NCBI GenBank assembly: GCA_964448115.1
Contig: CAYUVA010000028.1
Span: 1-56,486 of the forward strand
DNA: 56,486 nucleotides
Direction of reading: 5' to 3'
Origin: an uncultured bacterium
GTDB taxonomy: Bacteria > CAYUVA01
Shown in pieces: positions 28,485 through 37,001 of the stretch. Under the pieces are notes generated by a model, which worked only from the letters and a program-made list of their open reading frames with translations, made no database searches and had not been told where the DNA came from. The translations under genes and the position numbers were made by a program. The first letter of the stretch is position 1; every line of letters starts with the position of its first letter.

Positions 28485-30116
28485 TTGTCTTCCCAGGGAC
28501 TCAATCGCCGGGCAATCAAGTACCTCGGCAAATCCAGGATCGAATTAAGGATAATAGCCATCTTTCTTATCTCTGGCTTAGTTTTTTATCTATTTAGAAG
28601 CAGATCCGACTATGGAGACAGCCTTCATTGGATATCAGTAGCGCCTTACTTCGGATTCAGCATAAGAGAGCCGCTGGCTAGGTTATTACAACACCTCGCT
28701 TACCTGTTCGGCAGGGGATTCTTCGATACACCGGGCACTTTGGGCTACCTGATCGAGAGTCGATTATGCATCGGTTCCTTGAGCATCCTGGTCGGCATGT
28801 TCTCCACAGTTTCACTATATTTGACAACCAAGCGCTTCTTCCCTGTTGAAAAACGATCTGGCATTCTATGGCTAGCATTTTTCGGTACTATAAGCACGTT
28901 CGGCATTCTGCAACTGTTTTGCGGATACATCGAGGCTTATCCTATATTGATGGCTGCCTGTTCATTGTATGTTTTGGCTGCTTGCCTGTATCTCGACGAG
29001 CGGCTGAATACCTTCTGGGTTGCAGCCATCCTCGGGATCGGGGTCTATGTGCATCTATCGATGATCTTTTTTCTGCCATCGCTTGTTTTGCTTCCATGTT
29101 TGCGGAAAAGAAGACATCTTAGTTCCATGATTGCCATTATTGTCGATTTTTTACTGGTTTCAATAGCTTTATTCATCGTTATCCTAGGCATCTTTTTCAA
29201 CTATCGGGTTGTCGATTTCGTGGTACTGTTAGCCCAGGAGACCTTTGCTGATGCTGGCTCGTGGTTGTCTCTAGCCGATGCGTTCAGCCTGGCTCATGTC
29301 AAGGACTATGCTTTGATGATGCTCAAGTTGGCGCCGGTATCGCTCGCTATTTTGATGGGGCTATTTCTTTCTCGCCCTAGAAGCATTCTGGGAGATAAAA
29401 AGCTGCTCTTCATCGCAAGTATGCTCCCTTTATACATGTTATGGGCATTTTTCTGGAAGCCTCGCCTGGGAACAATCCAGGATTGGGATCTCTTCTCGTG
29501 CATAGCCTTACCGTTGGGAATGCTCGGCTTTTCATGGCTAGGCGCGCTAGTATCGAGAGCCACTGCTCCCCGGTGGTTGCTTATAGCCGCGCTGATCTGC
29601 AACATCGGTTATTCGATGCCTCTTATTCTCAGTAACCACCTTAAGATCAAGACTGAGATACCTTCCTTTGCCCAGCTATCGCTGAGGAGGGTTATAGATG
29701 CCCTACCTGAGGATGCTGCCGGTCAACAACCGGCTATGGTCGATATTTCATTGAATCAATATACCCTCAAGGATGGGGATACCCTTAAAGTCTCTGCTCA
29801 CTTGAGGGTGGGAGATGCCGATATTGCTGGAGATATCTGGTCGTTCGTTGAGCTTCCCGATGGCAGGTTCTTATTCTACCGAACGATTTTATTGCCCAAC
29901 TGCCTCCCCTTCGCGCGCAACTACCTGCTGAAGGCAGGGATGGAAGCGACCACAGAGCTATATCGGTTCCCCTTCGGCACCAGGCATCGAATTACACCTA
30001 ACGATCACTTCGTGGAGGTCTATTCGGGGGGAAACTATACCTGGTACATCCTGATAGTTGATCATGATACCCAACAGGTCATAGCCGGCGACTATGCTGA
30101 GTTTACCTATCTTTAG
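28485..30116 (+). CDS. Multi-pass membrane protein (GT-C-like) with soluble C-terminal beta domain
   Basis: About 10-11 hydrophobic segments; YGD, GYIEAY and DWDLF acidic loop motifs; ~130-aa hydrophilic tail. Confidence 0.6.
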   Translation: MSSQGLNRRAIKYLGKSRIELRIIAIFLISGLVFYLFRSRSDYGDSLHWISVAPYFGFSIREPLARLLQHLAYLFGRGFFDTPGTLGYLIESRLCIGSLSILVGMFSTVSLYLTTKRFFPVEKRSGILWLAFFGTISTFGILQLFCGYIEAYPILMAACSLYVLAACLYLDERLNTFWVAAILGIGVYVHLSMIFFLPSLVLLPCLRKRRHLSSMIAIIVDFLLVSIALFIVILGIFFNYRVVDFVVLLAQETFADAGSWLSLADAFSLAHVKDYALMMLKLAPVSLAILMGLFLSRPRSILGDKKLLFIASMLPLYMLWAFFWKPRLGTIQDWDLFSCIALPLGMLGFSWLGALVSRATAPRWLLIAALICNIGYSMPLILSNHLKIKTEIPSFAQLSLRRVIDALPEDAAGQQPAMVDISLNQYTLKDGDTLKVSAHLRVGDADIAGDIWSFVELPDGRFLFYRTILLPNCLPFARNYLLKAGMEATTELYRFPFGTRHRITPNDHFVEVYSGGNYTWYILIVDHDTQQVIAGDYAEFTYL

Positions 30117-30231
30117 AGGAAAATGATAGAGTAAAAAATCCTCGTGATGCTTTTTTTGTCTTTGCGATTTAACCGACTTCAAGCCTTGAGTATCTGCCCT
30201 TCGCCTGTCCTAGAGCCACCAACCCCAGTTA

Positions 30232-30510
30232 TCACTCTTGGACGCAAAGCAGTGAGCCATCAGCCCTGGTGTGATAGCGGAGCATCTCCTCCTCATCGAC
30301 GAAAAGATCCAGCTCGCCGTTAATCAGATCGAACTCGATATGCACTTCGATGGGAAGGAGTTCATCATAGCTGATATAGGTGGGTTTGAAGTACTGTAAT
30401 TGATCGTCGCCAGGCTTCAAGGGCAGAGAATGCTCAAGGCTCTTTCGATGCAGATCGTGCAGCGCCATGAAGAGGCTGATGATCTGGTTTTTGACCTTAC
30501 TCTCTGCCAT
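30232..30510 (-). CDS. Hypothetical protein
   Basis: 92-aa ORF with AGGTGA-type RBS, fills the intergenic space. Confidence 0.55.
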   Translation of the reverse strand: MAESKVKNQIISLFMALHDLHRKSLEHSLPLKPGDDQLQYFKPTYISYDELLPIEVHIEFDLINGELDLFVDEEEMLRYHTRADGSLLCVQE

Positions 30511-30751
30511 TGTTTGCTCACCTTGTTTACAGTTTGCACCATTGCCTACCTGAAGATAATCATTGCAATTTTGATGCCATGGACGCTAACTGTTTGATTC
30601 TTAATGATCAGAAAAATCGTTACCATAATTAACAGCTTAGAAAAAGGCGATCCTGGACAGATCTATGAACTAAAATGGTGCAAAATGGCTATTTTTCGTG
30701 CATCTCACCGCTTATGTCCCTGGCAAAGAAGGTGCGCCAGGTACTCGATGC

Positions 30752-31288
30752 CTAGTCATCGCCTTTTAACAGATCCAGTATCCTCCTCAGCTTGTCTGTT
30801 GAGGCTTTGTTCAGGCTTTCAGCCAGCTCTCGGCGCAGCTTTTCCTCCTCGTTTTGTTCTGTTTTTTCCTTGCGCTGCTTTGAATCTATGCCAAGCTCAT
30901 CCATGATATAATCGACCAGGTCCTGTGCTTTTACCGGCTTTTCAAGGTACATCCTTTTTGCGCTGAAGGTCTTGTCTGCCAGGATCTCATCGAGGTGCTT
31001 TTTCCCCTCCTCGTCCCTTGCATGACCGGTAACCACGATTATCGGAATCCTCGACCACTGCTTGTTTTTCTTCAGCTCATGGAAAAGCCGGATCCCGGAT
31101 TTCTTTGGCATCACAAGATCGAGCGTGATGAAGTCGATCTCGTTTTCCTTCAATACCTCCAGTGCTTCCTCTCCGTCGCCGGCGGTAAGGACATTGAAGC
31201 CAGCATCCTCAAGCACGGTCTGAAGATAAAGCCTCACATCAGGCTCATCATCGACCACCAGTATTGTCTTATCCTGCGGTCTTGTCAT
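30752..31288 (-). CDS. Response regulator receiver protein with helical C-terminal extension
   Basis: ILVVDDE, TLDLVMP, VVTG, EKP. Confidence 0.9.
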   Translation of the reverse strand: MTRPQDKTILVVDDEPDVRLYLQTVLEDAGFNVLTAGDGEEALEVLKENEIDFITLDLVMPKKSGIRLFHELKKNKQWSRIPIIVVTGHARDEEGKKHLDEILADKTFSAKRMYLEKPVKAQDLVDYIMDELGIDSKQRKEKTEQNEEEKLRRELAESLNKASTDKLRRILDLLKGDD

Positions 31289-31309
31289 AAGTATTACTCC
31301 CTACATTGA

Positions 31310-33118
31310 TTATTGTGCATCTTTTTCATTAGGCTCCGGCAGGCGTTCTCGGGGCAGTTTTATGATGAAACTAGTCCCTTGTGCAGGCGCTGATTCAAAG
31401 TCGATGTTCCCGCCATGTTCGTTGATTATCTTCCTGGTGATCAGCAGTCCCAGTCCGGTTCCCTGCGAGCCTTTGGTGGTAAAGAAATCGGTGAAGACCT
31501 TGTTCTTGACATCATAATCTATACCGCAGCCCGTATCGGAGACCTTGTATATTATACATCCTTCCCTCTCCATGCACTCTATTGAGATGCTGCAATCTTC
31601 TTTTTTCTCGCTCATCTGGCAGGCATCGATGGCGTTGGTTATCAGATTGCTGAGGCATTCGAGGATCGCATCCTTATCCAGTGGAGCTGCTGGAATATCC
31701 TTTTGCAGCCTGGAAGATAGATTGATGCCCTGCTTCTTTATCGAATCTGCGAATAGCCGTACAGCTTCCTCGGCGATCTCTGAGGGTGAGACCATTTTTA
31801 CATCGGGTTTTCTCCCCTTTGAGAAGCCAAGCAGGTTCCTGGAGAGCTTGGAGACCTTGTCTATGTTGCGTTGAAGCATGTCCCAGCCCTGCTCTATTCT
31901 ATCCTGTTTTCCCTTTTTCAGCCCGGAGTTCACCATGTACATGCCCCCCTCCAGCCCAGTAAGCAGGTTCTTGATCGAGTGCGCCATGGCAGCCACGGTC
32001 TGCCCGACTGCGGAGAAGCGCTCTGCATCTATCTTCTCCTTCTCCAACTTCTTTATCTCTCGCAGATCCTGAATATGCGCAGCCATCCCTATATGGCGGT
32101 CGCCGCTCTTTAATACCATGCCAGAAAAGCGCACCGGGATGAGTTGCCCCATTTTTGTTCGTAGCAGAGTCTCTGGCAGATAGATACTATCCTCCCCTTT
32201 TTCGATGGACTCGCGCATCTTCTCGGGCAGATAATTCATGGGGAGCTTCTGATTGAGCATCTCCGCTGCCGAAAATCCAAGGATATCCTCAGCCGCTGGA
32301 TTAAATATGGTAATTACCCCTTTCTCGTTGGTAGCGATGATGCCGTCCATGGAGTTTCGGATCAACGTCTCCATTAGAGTATTCGCCTCGGCAAGCTCCC
32401 TTTCCAGTTTATGTAACTCGGTCATATCGAGCGCCATCTCGATTATGTGAGTCGCCTTGCCTTCCCCCTTGGACAAGGCTGAGGTTGTAACCAGGTAGTG
32501 GGTTTCCTTCCCTTTCTTCGAGGCGCCTATGTGGTAAGCGGTGTGGATCTTGCCGTCATTGAAGGTCTCCTCTGCGGGGCAGTTCTCGCAGCGGCTCTCA
32601 CGGCGCTTGAGAACACGGTAGCAGTGCTCGCCAGTAGTATCGCCGAAGACTTGTCGAAACCTCTCATTCGCCCGCACGATACGGTATTCGTTATTTAAGA
32701 TCGCGATAAAACAAGGAACCCGCTCGAATAGGATATGATACTCCCTCTGCAAACGCTTAGTCTCGGTTACATCGGTGGACATTTCAATAATATAAGGGAT
32801 TTCGCCGTTGGGATCATATATCGGTGCTATGTGCACTATGTAGTGTGCCTTGCGTCCGTTCTTGTCAACTCCCTCCTCGTCGTTGACCCTGATCTTACCA
32901 TCGTTGAAGGTCTTCTCCGCCATGCAGCGGCTGCACTTCTGGTTGAGGTTCTTATAGACATGGTAACACTTCTTTCCAATGCCGTGGCCGAAGACCTCGG
33001 TGAAGTTGCGGTTGTTATGGATGATATTGTAATCGCGGTCGATTATGGCGATGTTGCAGGGCACAAGCTCATAAATCTGGGCGCCGTAAATGTTTCTAAG
33101 TTTCTCCTGGCTGCTCAT
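31310..33118 (-). CDS. Soluble multi-PAS sensor histidine kinase
   Basis: Three PAS-like repeats; AHSIKN H-box, NLITNAIDA, DTGCG, FFTTK, GTGLGL. Confidence 0.92.
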   Translation of the reverse strand: MSSQEKLRNIYGAQIYELVPCNIAIIDRDYNIIHNNRNFTEVFGHGIGKKCYHVYKNLNQKCSRCMAEKTFNDGKIRVNDEEGVDKNGRKAHYIVHIAPIYDPNGEIPYIIEMSTDVTETKRLQREYHILFERVPCFIAILNNEYRIVRANERFRQVFGDTTGEHCYRVLKRRESRCENCPAEETFNDGKIHTAYHIGASKKGKETHYLVTTSALSKGEGKATHIIEMALDMTELHKLERELAEANTLMETLIRNSMDGIIATNEKGVITIFNPAAEDILGFSAAEMLNQKLPMNYLPEKMRESIEKGEDSIYLPETLLRTKMGQLIPVRFSGMVLKSGDRHIGMAAHIQDLREIKKLEKEKIDAERFSAVGQTVAAMAHSIKNLLTGLEGGMYMVNSGLKKGKQDRIEQGWDMLQRNIDKVSKLSRNLLGFSKGRKPDVKMVSPSEIAEEAVRLFADSIKKQGINLSSRLQKDIPAAPLDKDAILECLSNLITNAIDACQMSEKKEDCSISIECMEREGCIIYKVSDTGCGIDYDVKNKVFTDFFTTKGSQGTGLGLLITRKIINEHGGNIDFESAPAQGTSFIIKLPRERLPEPNEKDAQ

Positions 33119-33123
33119 ATTAT

Positions 33124-33516
33124 CTATTCAACCTTTTGGACAGGATTGAGTTTTCGCTTGATCTTACTCAACAGCGTTTTAAGATCCACCGGCTTCTCTA
33201 CCAATGAATCACCTAAATCGCCGGGCAAGGAAAGCTGATCCAATAAATCGGAAGGATTTACCCCGGTGATGATAATAATGGGGAGATTTCTTGTTGAAGG
33301 ATTCCTCAACAGGTCATGGTACAAAGAGACGCCGGTCTTGCCGGGCATCAGGATATCCAGGCAGACCAAGTCGAAGCTCTCTCGTTCAAGGATACCCATA
33401 CCCTCAGGAGCGCTTTTGGCGGCGACTACCTCGAATCCGTTATCCTCAAGCGCTGCGGTAAGATATGCGATCACATCAGCCTCGTCGTCGATGATAAGTA
33501 TCCTTTTGCCTTTCAT
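33124..33516 (-). CDS. Single-domain response regulator
   Basis: ILIIDDE, CLDILMP, IITG, EKP; start at 33516 or 33528 avoids overlap with the upstream gene. Confidence 0.88.
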   Translation of the reverse strand: MKGKRILIIDDEADVIAYLTAALEDNGFEVVAAKSAPEGMGILERESFDLVCLDILMPGKTGVSLYHDLLRNPSTRNLPIIIITGVNPSDLLDQLSLPGDLGDSLVEKPVDLKTLLSKIKRKLNPVQKVE

Positions 33517-33530
33517 GGTCCCACCCATCT

Positions 33531-35459
33531 TTATCTTTCCAGCTCCAGATTCCATACCTCTTCGAGCATATCCCGATAACCGCGATGACATGTGCTGCAC
33601 AGCTGCAAATTCCCTTCCCATTCGGGGAGTCGCTGTTCCCAGACCTTATGGCATTCAATACACAAGCCGTGCATGGCATTCATATAGCCAGGCGCAAGGC
33701 GCACTCGGTTTCCCAGCTCTGGCGGTGGGATGATAGAATCCTGGCTGACCATCGCCTTGTGGCACTCGCTGCAGGCGGTTGCGGTCTGGAAGGTCTTTGG
33801 CTCAGAGGTATTCTGGTGGCATCTTGTGCAGCCGTCGTTGCCGCCGAGTGCTTGCTGGTGATAACGGTGGCTAAAGATGTTCGATGGCGCGTACATATCA
33901 CGGTGGCACTCGAAGCAGCCGGTCGCCGTATCGTAGGGCTTGTTCAGGTGATGGCAGTAATCGCAATCTTTACCCTGGGTCTTTAGTAGATCCTCGTGTG
34001 CCTTATGATCGAACAAAGCCAGGTAGTGCTCATCATTGCCGTCAATAACCAGAACCTGCGAGTATGGCTCATCGCCGGGGTGAGTTGAAGGCTCTATGAT
34101 CTCAAGAAGCTCCTTGCCAGTTCCATTATCATTAGGCTCGAAGCGCGCTTTTATGGTTCTGGGTGCCTTGACCGGCGTCTTGGCAAGCCTAGCACCCTTC
34201 TGGGCATGAAGGGGCATAAATGAAATCCCCAGAGCGACACCGACCACAGCAGCAATGGAGTATATCTTCGCGCTGCCCGGGATTATGCTCCCCAGCCTGA
34301 CCTGGGTTACCGGATCCGGCTCGATCGGCTTTATCTGTGCTTTGAATGAGCGCTTATCGACTGGGTCATGCTCAAAGACCCTAAAATTCTCGACAAAGAA
34401 GAAAAATACCAGAGCCATGACCGAGACGATGCTTATGCTCACCAGGAACTCGGCTAGCGAGGGGAAGTACCTGGCGCCGGTCTGGCTTACATGCCCCAGT
34501 CCGCCCACCAAGATGCGGTTGAAGACAAAGCCGAAGACGATCATTGAAGCGCCAACAGCAATAGCTGCCCTAGTCTTACGCAACCGGGGGAAAAGGAACA
34601 GAATTGCCGGGATGATCGCACTGAGGGCAATCTCTAAATAAAAGAAAACCGCCTCAAGGCTGGGCACAAGAAGGTAGTGCAGGTTCCCCAGCCGTGCAAG
34701 GTCAATGAATTTCAGCGCAATATAGACTACCAGCACTATCCCGGCATACTTTGCCAGCCCGCGCAGTAGATCCCATCTAATGGGACGATTGTATGCCCAG
34801 TGGCTGACCATGCCCTCCAGGGAGACCATGCCCAAGCCGAGCGCTATGGCTGATATGAAGAAATGAAGGGGCAAAAGGGGGGTGTACCACAGCGGGTGCA
34901 GCCGATGCGGCGTCAAGATGAACAGGGTGCCCAGCGATGACTGGTGCAGGGTCGATAACATTATGCCTAGAAGAACCAGCGGGATGGTCAGCTTGCGCAT
35001 TATATGGTACAAGCGCTTGAACGGGGACTTCTCCAGCACCACCCGGGAAAACTCCAAGGCAAGCACGGTCAGATATAACATTACGCACCAGGCTACCTCG
35101 AACAAGGCAGAGTGCGGATTCCACCAGAACATCGGTCGCCAGATATTATATGGGATACCGATATCGAACAACAGACCGACCGCTACGGCTACATAGCCTA
35201 AAAAAGCGGTCAGAACCGCACTTCGCACTATGCCATGATAGCGCTCAAGATGAAATATATAGACGATGGCGGTGAGCACGAAGCCACCTGCCGCCAGGGC
35301 AACCCCGCCCATGACATCAAAGCCGATCCATAGCCCCCACGGCGTCTTGTCAGACAGGTTGGTTACCGCACCCAAGCCATTTATGAACCTCGACAACGCA
35401 ACCGCTGCGCCAACTCCAACGATGAACCAAAGGAACGTCTTTATCAACCTTATACGCAT
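33531..35459 (-). CDS. NrfD/HybB/HmcC-type membrane subunit fused to a six-haem cytochrome c3-like domain
   Basis: TNLSD..PWGLWIGFDV..GVALAAGGF, SALFEVAWC, LSTLHQSSLG; C-terminal CDYCH, CFECH, CTRCH, CSECH, CIECH, CSTCH. Confidence 0.9.
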   Translation of the reverse strand: MRIRLIKTFLWFIVGVGAAVALSRFINGLGAVTNLSDKTPWGLWIGFDVMGGVALAAGGFVLTAIVYIFHLERYHGIVRSAVLTAFLGYVAVAVGLLFDIGIPYNIWRPMFWWNPHSALFEVAWCVMLYLTVLALEFSRVVLEKSPFKRLYHIMRKLTIPLVLLGIMLSTLHQSSLGTLFILTPHRLHPLWYTPLLPLHFFISAIALGLGMVSLEGMVSHWAYNRPIRWDLLRGLAKYAGIVLVVYIALKFIDLARLGNLHYLLVPSLEAVFFYLEIALSAIIPAILFLFPRLRKTRAAIAVGASMIVFGFVFNRILVGGLGHVSQTGARYFPSLAEFLVSISIVSVMALVFFFFVENFRVFEHDPVDKRSFKAQIKPIEPDPVTQVRLGSIIPGSAKIYSIAAVVGVALGISFMPLHAQKGARLAKTPVKAPRTIKARFEPNDNGTGKELLEIIEPSTHPGDEPYSQVLVIDGNDEHYLALFDHKAHEDLLKTQGKDCDYCHHLNKPYDTATGCFECHRDMYAPSNIFSHRYHQQALGGNDGCTRCHQNTSEPKTFQTATACSECHKAMVSQDSIIPPPELGNRVRLAPGYMNAMHGLCIECHKVWEQRLPEWEGNLQLCSTCHRGYRDMLEEVWNLELER

Positions 35460-35471
35460 ACTATCCTCGCT

Positions 35472-36278
35472 TTAATCTTCCTGGTTATCAACCTCAGTCT
35501 TTGTATTATTCTCTACCGGCTGGTTATTCATTTTAGCCAGCTTGCGCCTACGCTCGATGATCCAGTAGATGCCAGTCATGATGATGCCCATGCCGAAAAA
35601 CTCAAACGGAACCTTGGTCAATGCGCCCCAGGTGCGCTCAGGCAGTGGCTTGGTCCCTAAATTTTTACCCATGCTCAAGAAGGACAGATCTATGTTAGAT
35701 ATATACATCACCGAAGTTCCGCCGATCTCGTCCTTGCCCCAGATATGATTTATATACCGGTTCGGATTATCATTTATACGCTTCTGCGCGACCTTTAGAA
35801 GCTGTTCGCGCTCACCGAATATGGTCGCTTTGGTCGGACAGATAGCTGTACAAGCCGGCTGATCGAGCTGACCAGCCTTTATCTTGTCATGGCATAATAT
35901 GCACTTACGCACCAGGGCAATCGGCTGAGACCAAAGAAAGCGCGGAATGCCGTAGGGACAAGCCATCATACAATAGCGGCACCCCAGACAGATGCTTGAG
36001 TCGTAGGTTACCGCCCCCTCGGCGGTTTTCTTCATGGCGCCGACCGGACAAGCAGATGCACAGGCAGGCTCCAGGCAATGCCGGCACTGGCGACGCACAT
36101 TGGTATTTCTTGCAGCCCTTATGATGGTTGTCCAACGGCTGGCAGAGAGATCGTCTATTCGCTCCTGCCAGAGCCAGGGCTTGTCTTGACCGGTTTCATT
36201 GGTCTGCTTGCAGGCATCCACGCACTTGGAGCAGCCTATGCATAGGGTAACATCGGTGAGTATCGCCATCTGCTTCAT
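35472..36278 (-). CDS. 4x[4Fe-4S] ferredoxin subunit (HybA/HmcB/NrfC-like) with C-terminal TM anchor
   Basis: CIGCSKCVDAC, CRHCLEPACASACP, CLGCRYCMMACP, KCILC...PACTAICP. Confidence 0.9.
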   Translation of the reverse strand: MKQMAILTDVTLCIGCSKCVDACKQTNETGQDKPWLWQERIDDLSASRWTTIIRAARNTNVRRQCRHCLEPACASACPVGAMKKTAEGAVTYDSSICLGCRYCMMACPYGIPRFLWSQPIALVRKCILCHDKIKAGQLDQPACTAICPTKATIFGEREQLLKVAQKRINDNPNRYINHIWGKDEIGGTSVMYISNIDLSFLSMGKNLGTKPLPERTWGALTKVPFEFFGMGIIMTGIYWIIERRRKLAKMNNQPVENNTKTEVDNQED

Positions 36279-36973
36279 ACCTTGTTCTCCTTGTTCAAGA
36301 TGAGAGAGACCTTGCCAGCATAGTGGCGGGGAAAGCGCCAGGTTACCTCGGAGACCAACTGCGTGGTCGGCAAAAGCACGGCATGGGATAGCTTGCTGAG
36401 CGGCATCAAAATAAAGATTAGGTTACCGCTTAACACATGAACAAGCATAACCGCTGTATAGTCGAACGGATTGAGCCAGGGATGCATTGCCAGGTAGCCG
36501 GTGATGAAGGGAATTGATATAAGAGGCGGCAGCATGTAATCCTGGAACCTCGATAAGTGGCGCGAATCCTTGTTGAAGATCCTGCCCAAGAATAACAGCC
36601 AGGCGCTTGCTATGGCAGTAAGGGTCAGAATGTCAGCTATCTGCTGGTTTAGCGCCGGCCATCCAACTCCCAGTCCCCGCTTCCAGAGCACTATGTGCGC
36701 TAAAAGGAATATCGGGGTTATGATTATGCTAAGGTGAAAGATTATCGAGATTACGCTGTAGATTGGCTTTACCTTCACCTTATCCAGCGGGAAGAGCCAT
36801 TTGAGGGTAAACTTGATGATCATCCTCAGATTGATGTTTTTATCATCGGTCGAGCGAAGGGACTTTATCACCCCGTAGGCGGTCAATCCCAGGCAACGCA
36901 ACAAACCGAACATCATGAAAACAAATGCGAACTTGAACATGGGACCTCTTGCCCATTGAAGCCATGCTTCCAT
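36275..36973 (-). CDS. NarI/DsrM/HmcE-like cytochrome b membrane subunit
   Basis: Five TM segments; IFH, LAH, VHVL and SKLSH His ligands. Confidence 0.85.
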   Translation of the reverse strand: MEAWLQWARGPMFKFAFVFMMFGLLRCLGLTAYGVIKSLRSTDDKNINLRMIIKFTLKWLFPLDKVKVKPIYSVISIIFHLSIIITPIFLLAHIVLWKRGLGVGWPALNQQIADILTLTAIASAWLLFLGRIFNKDSRHLSRFQDYMLPPLISIPFITGYLAMHPWLNPFDYTAVMLVHVLSGNLIFILMPLSKLSHAVLLPTTQLVSEVTWRFPRHYAGKVSLILNKENKV

Positions 36974-37001
36974 CGTATCTTCAGCTCCTTGTAGGAATTC
37001 C

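Noticed and set aside
30604-30906. 100-aa plus-strand ORF
   Set aside because: Overlaps the response regulator antisense and has no recognisable motif
33517-33621. Long N-terminal extension of the response regulator in the ORF track
   Set aside because: Overlaps the haem-motif-coding end of the upstream gene; the receiver fold starts at 33516
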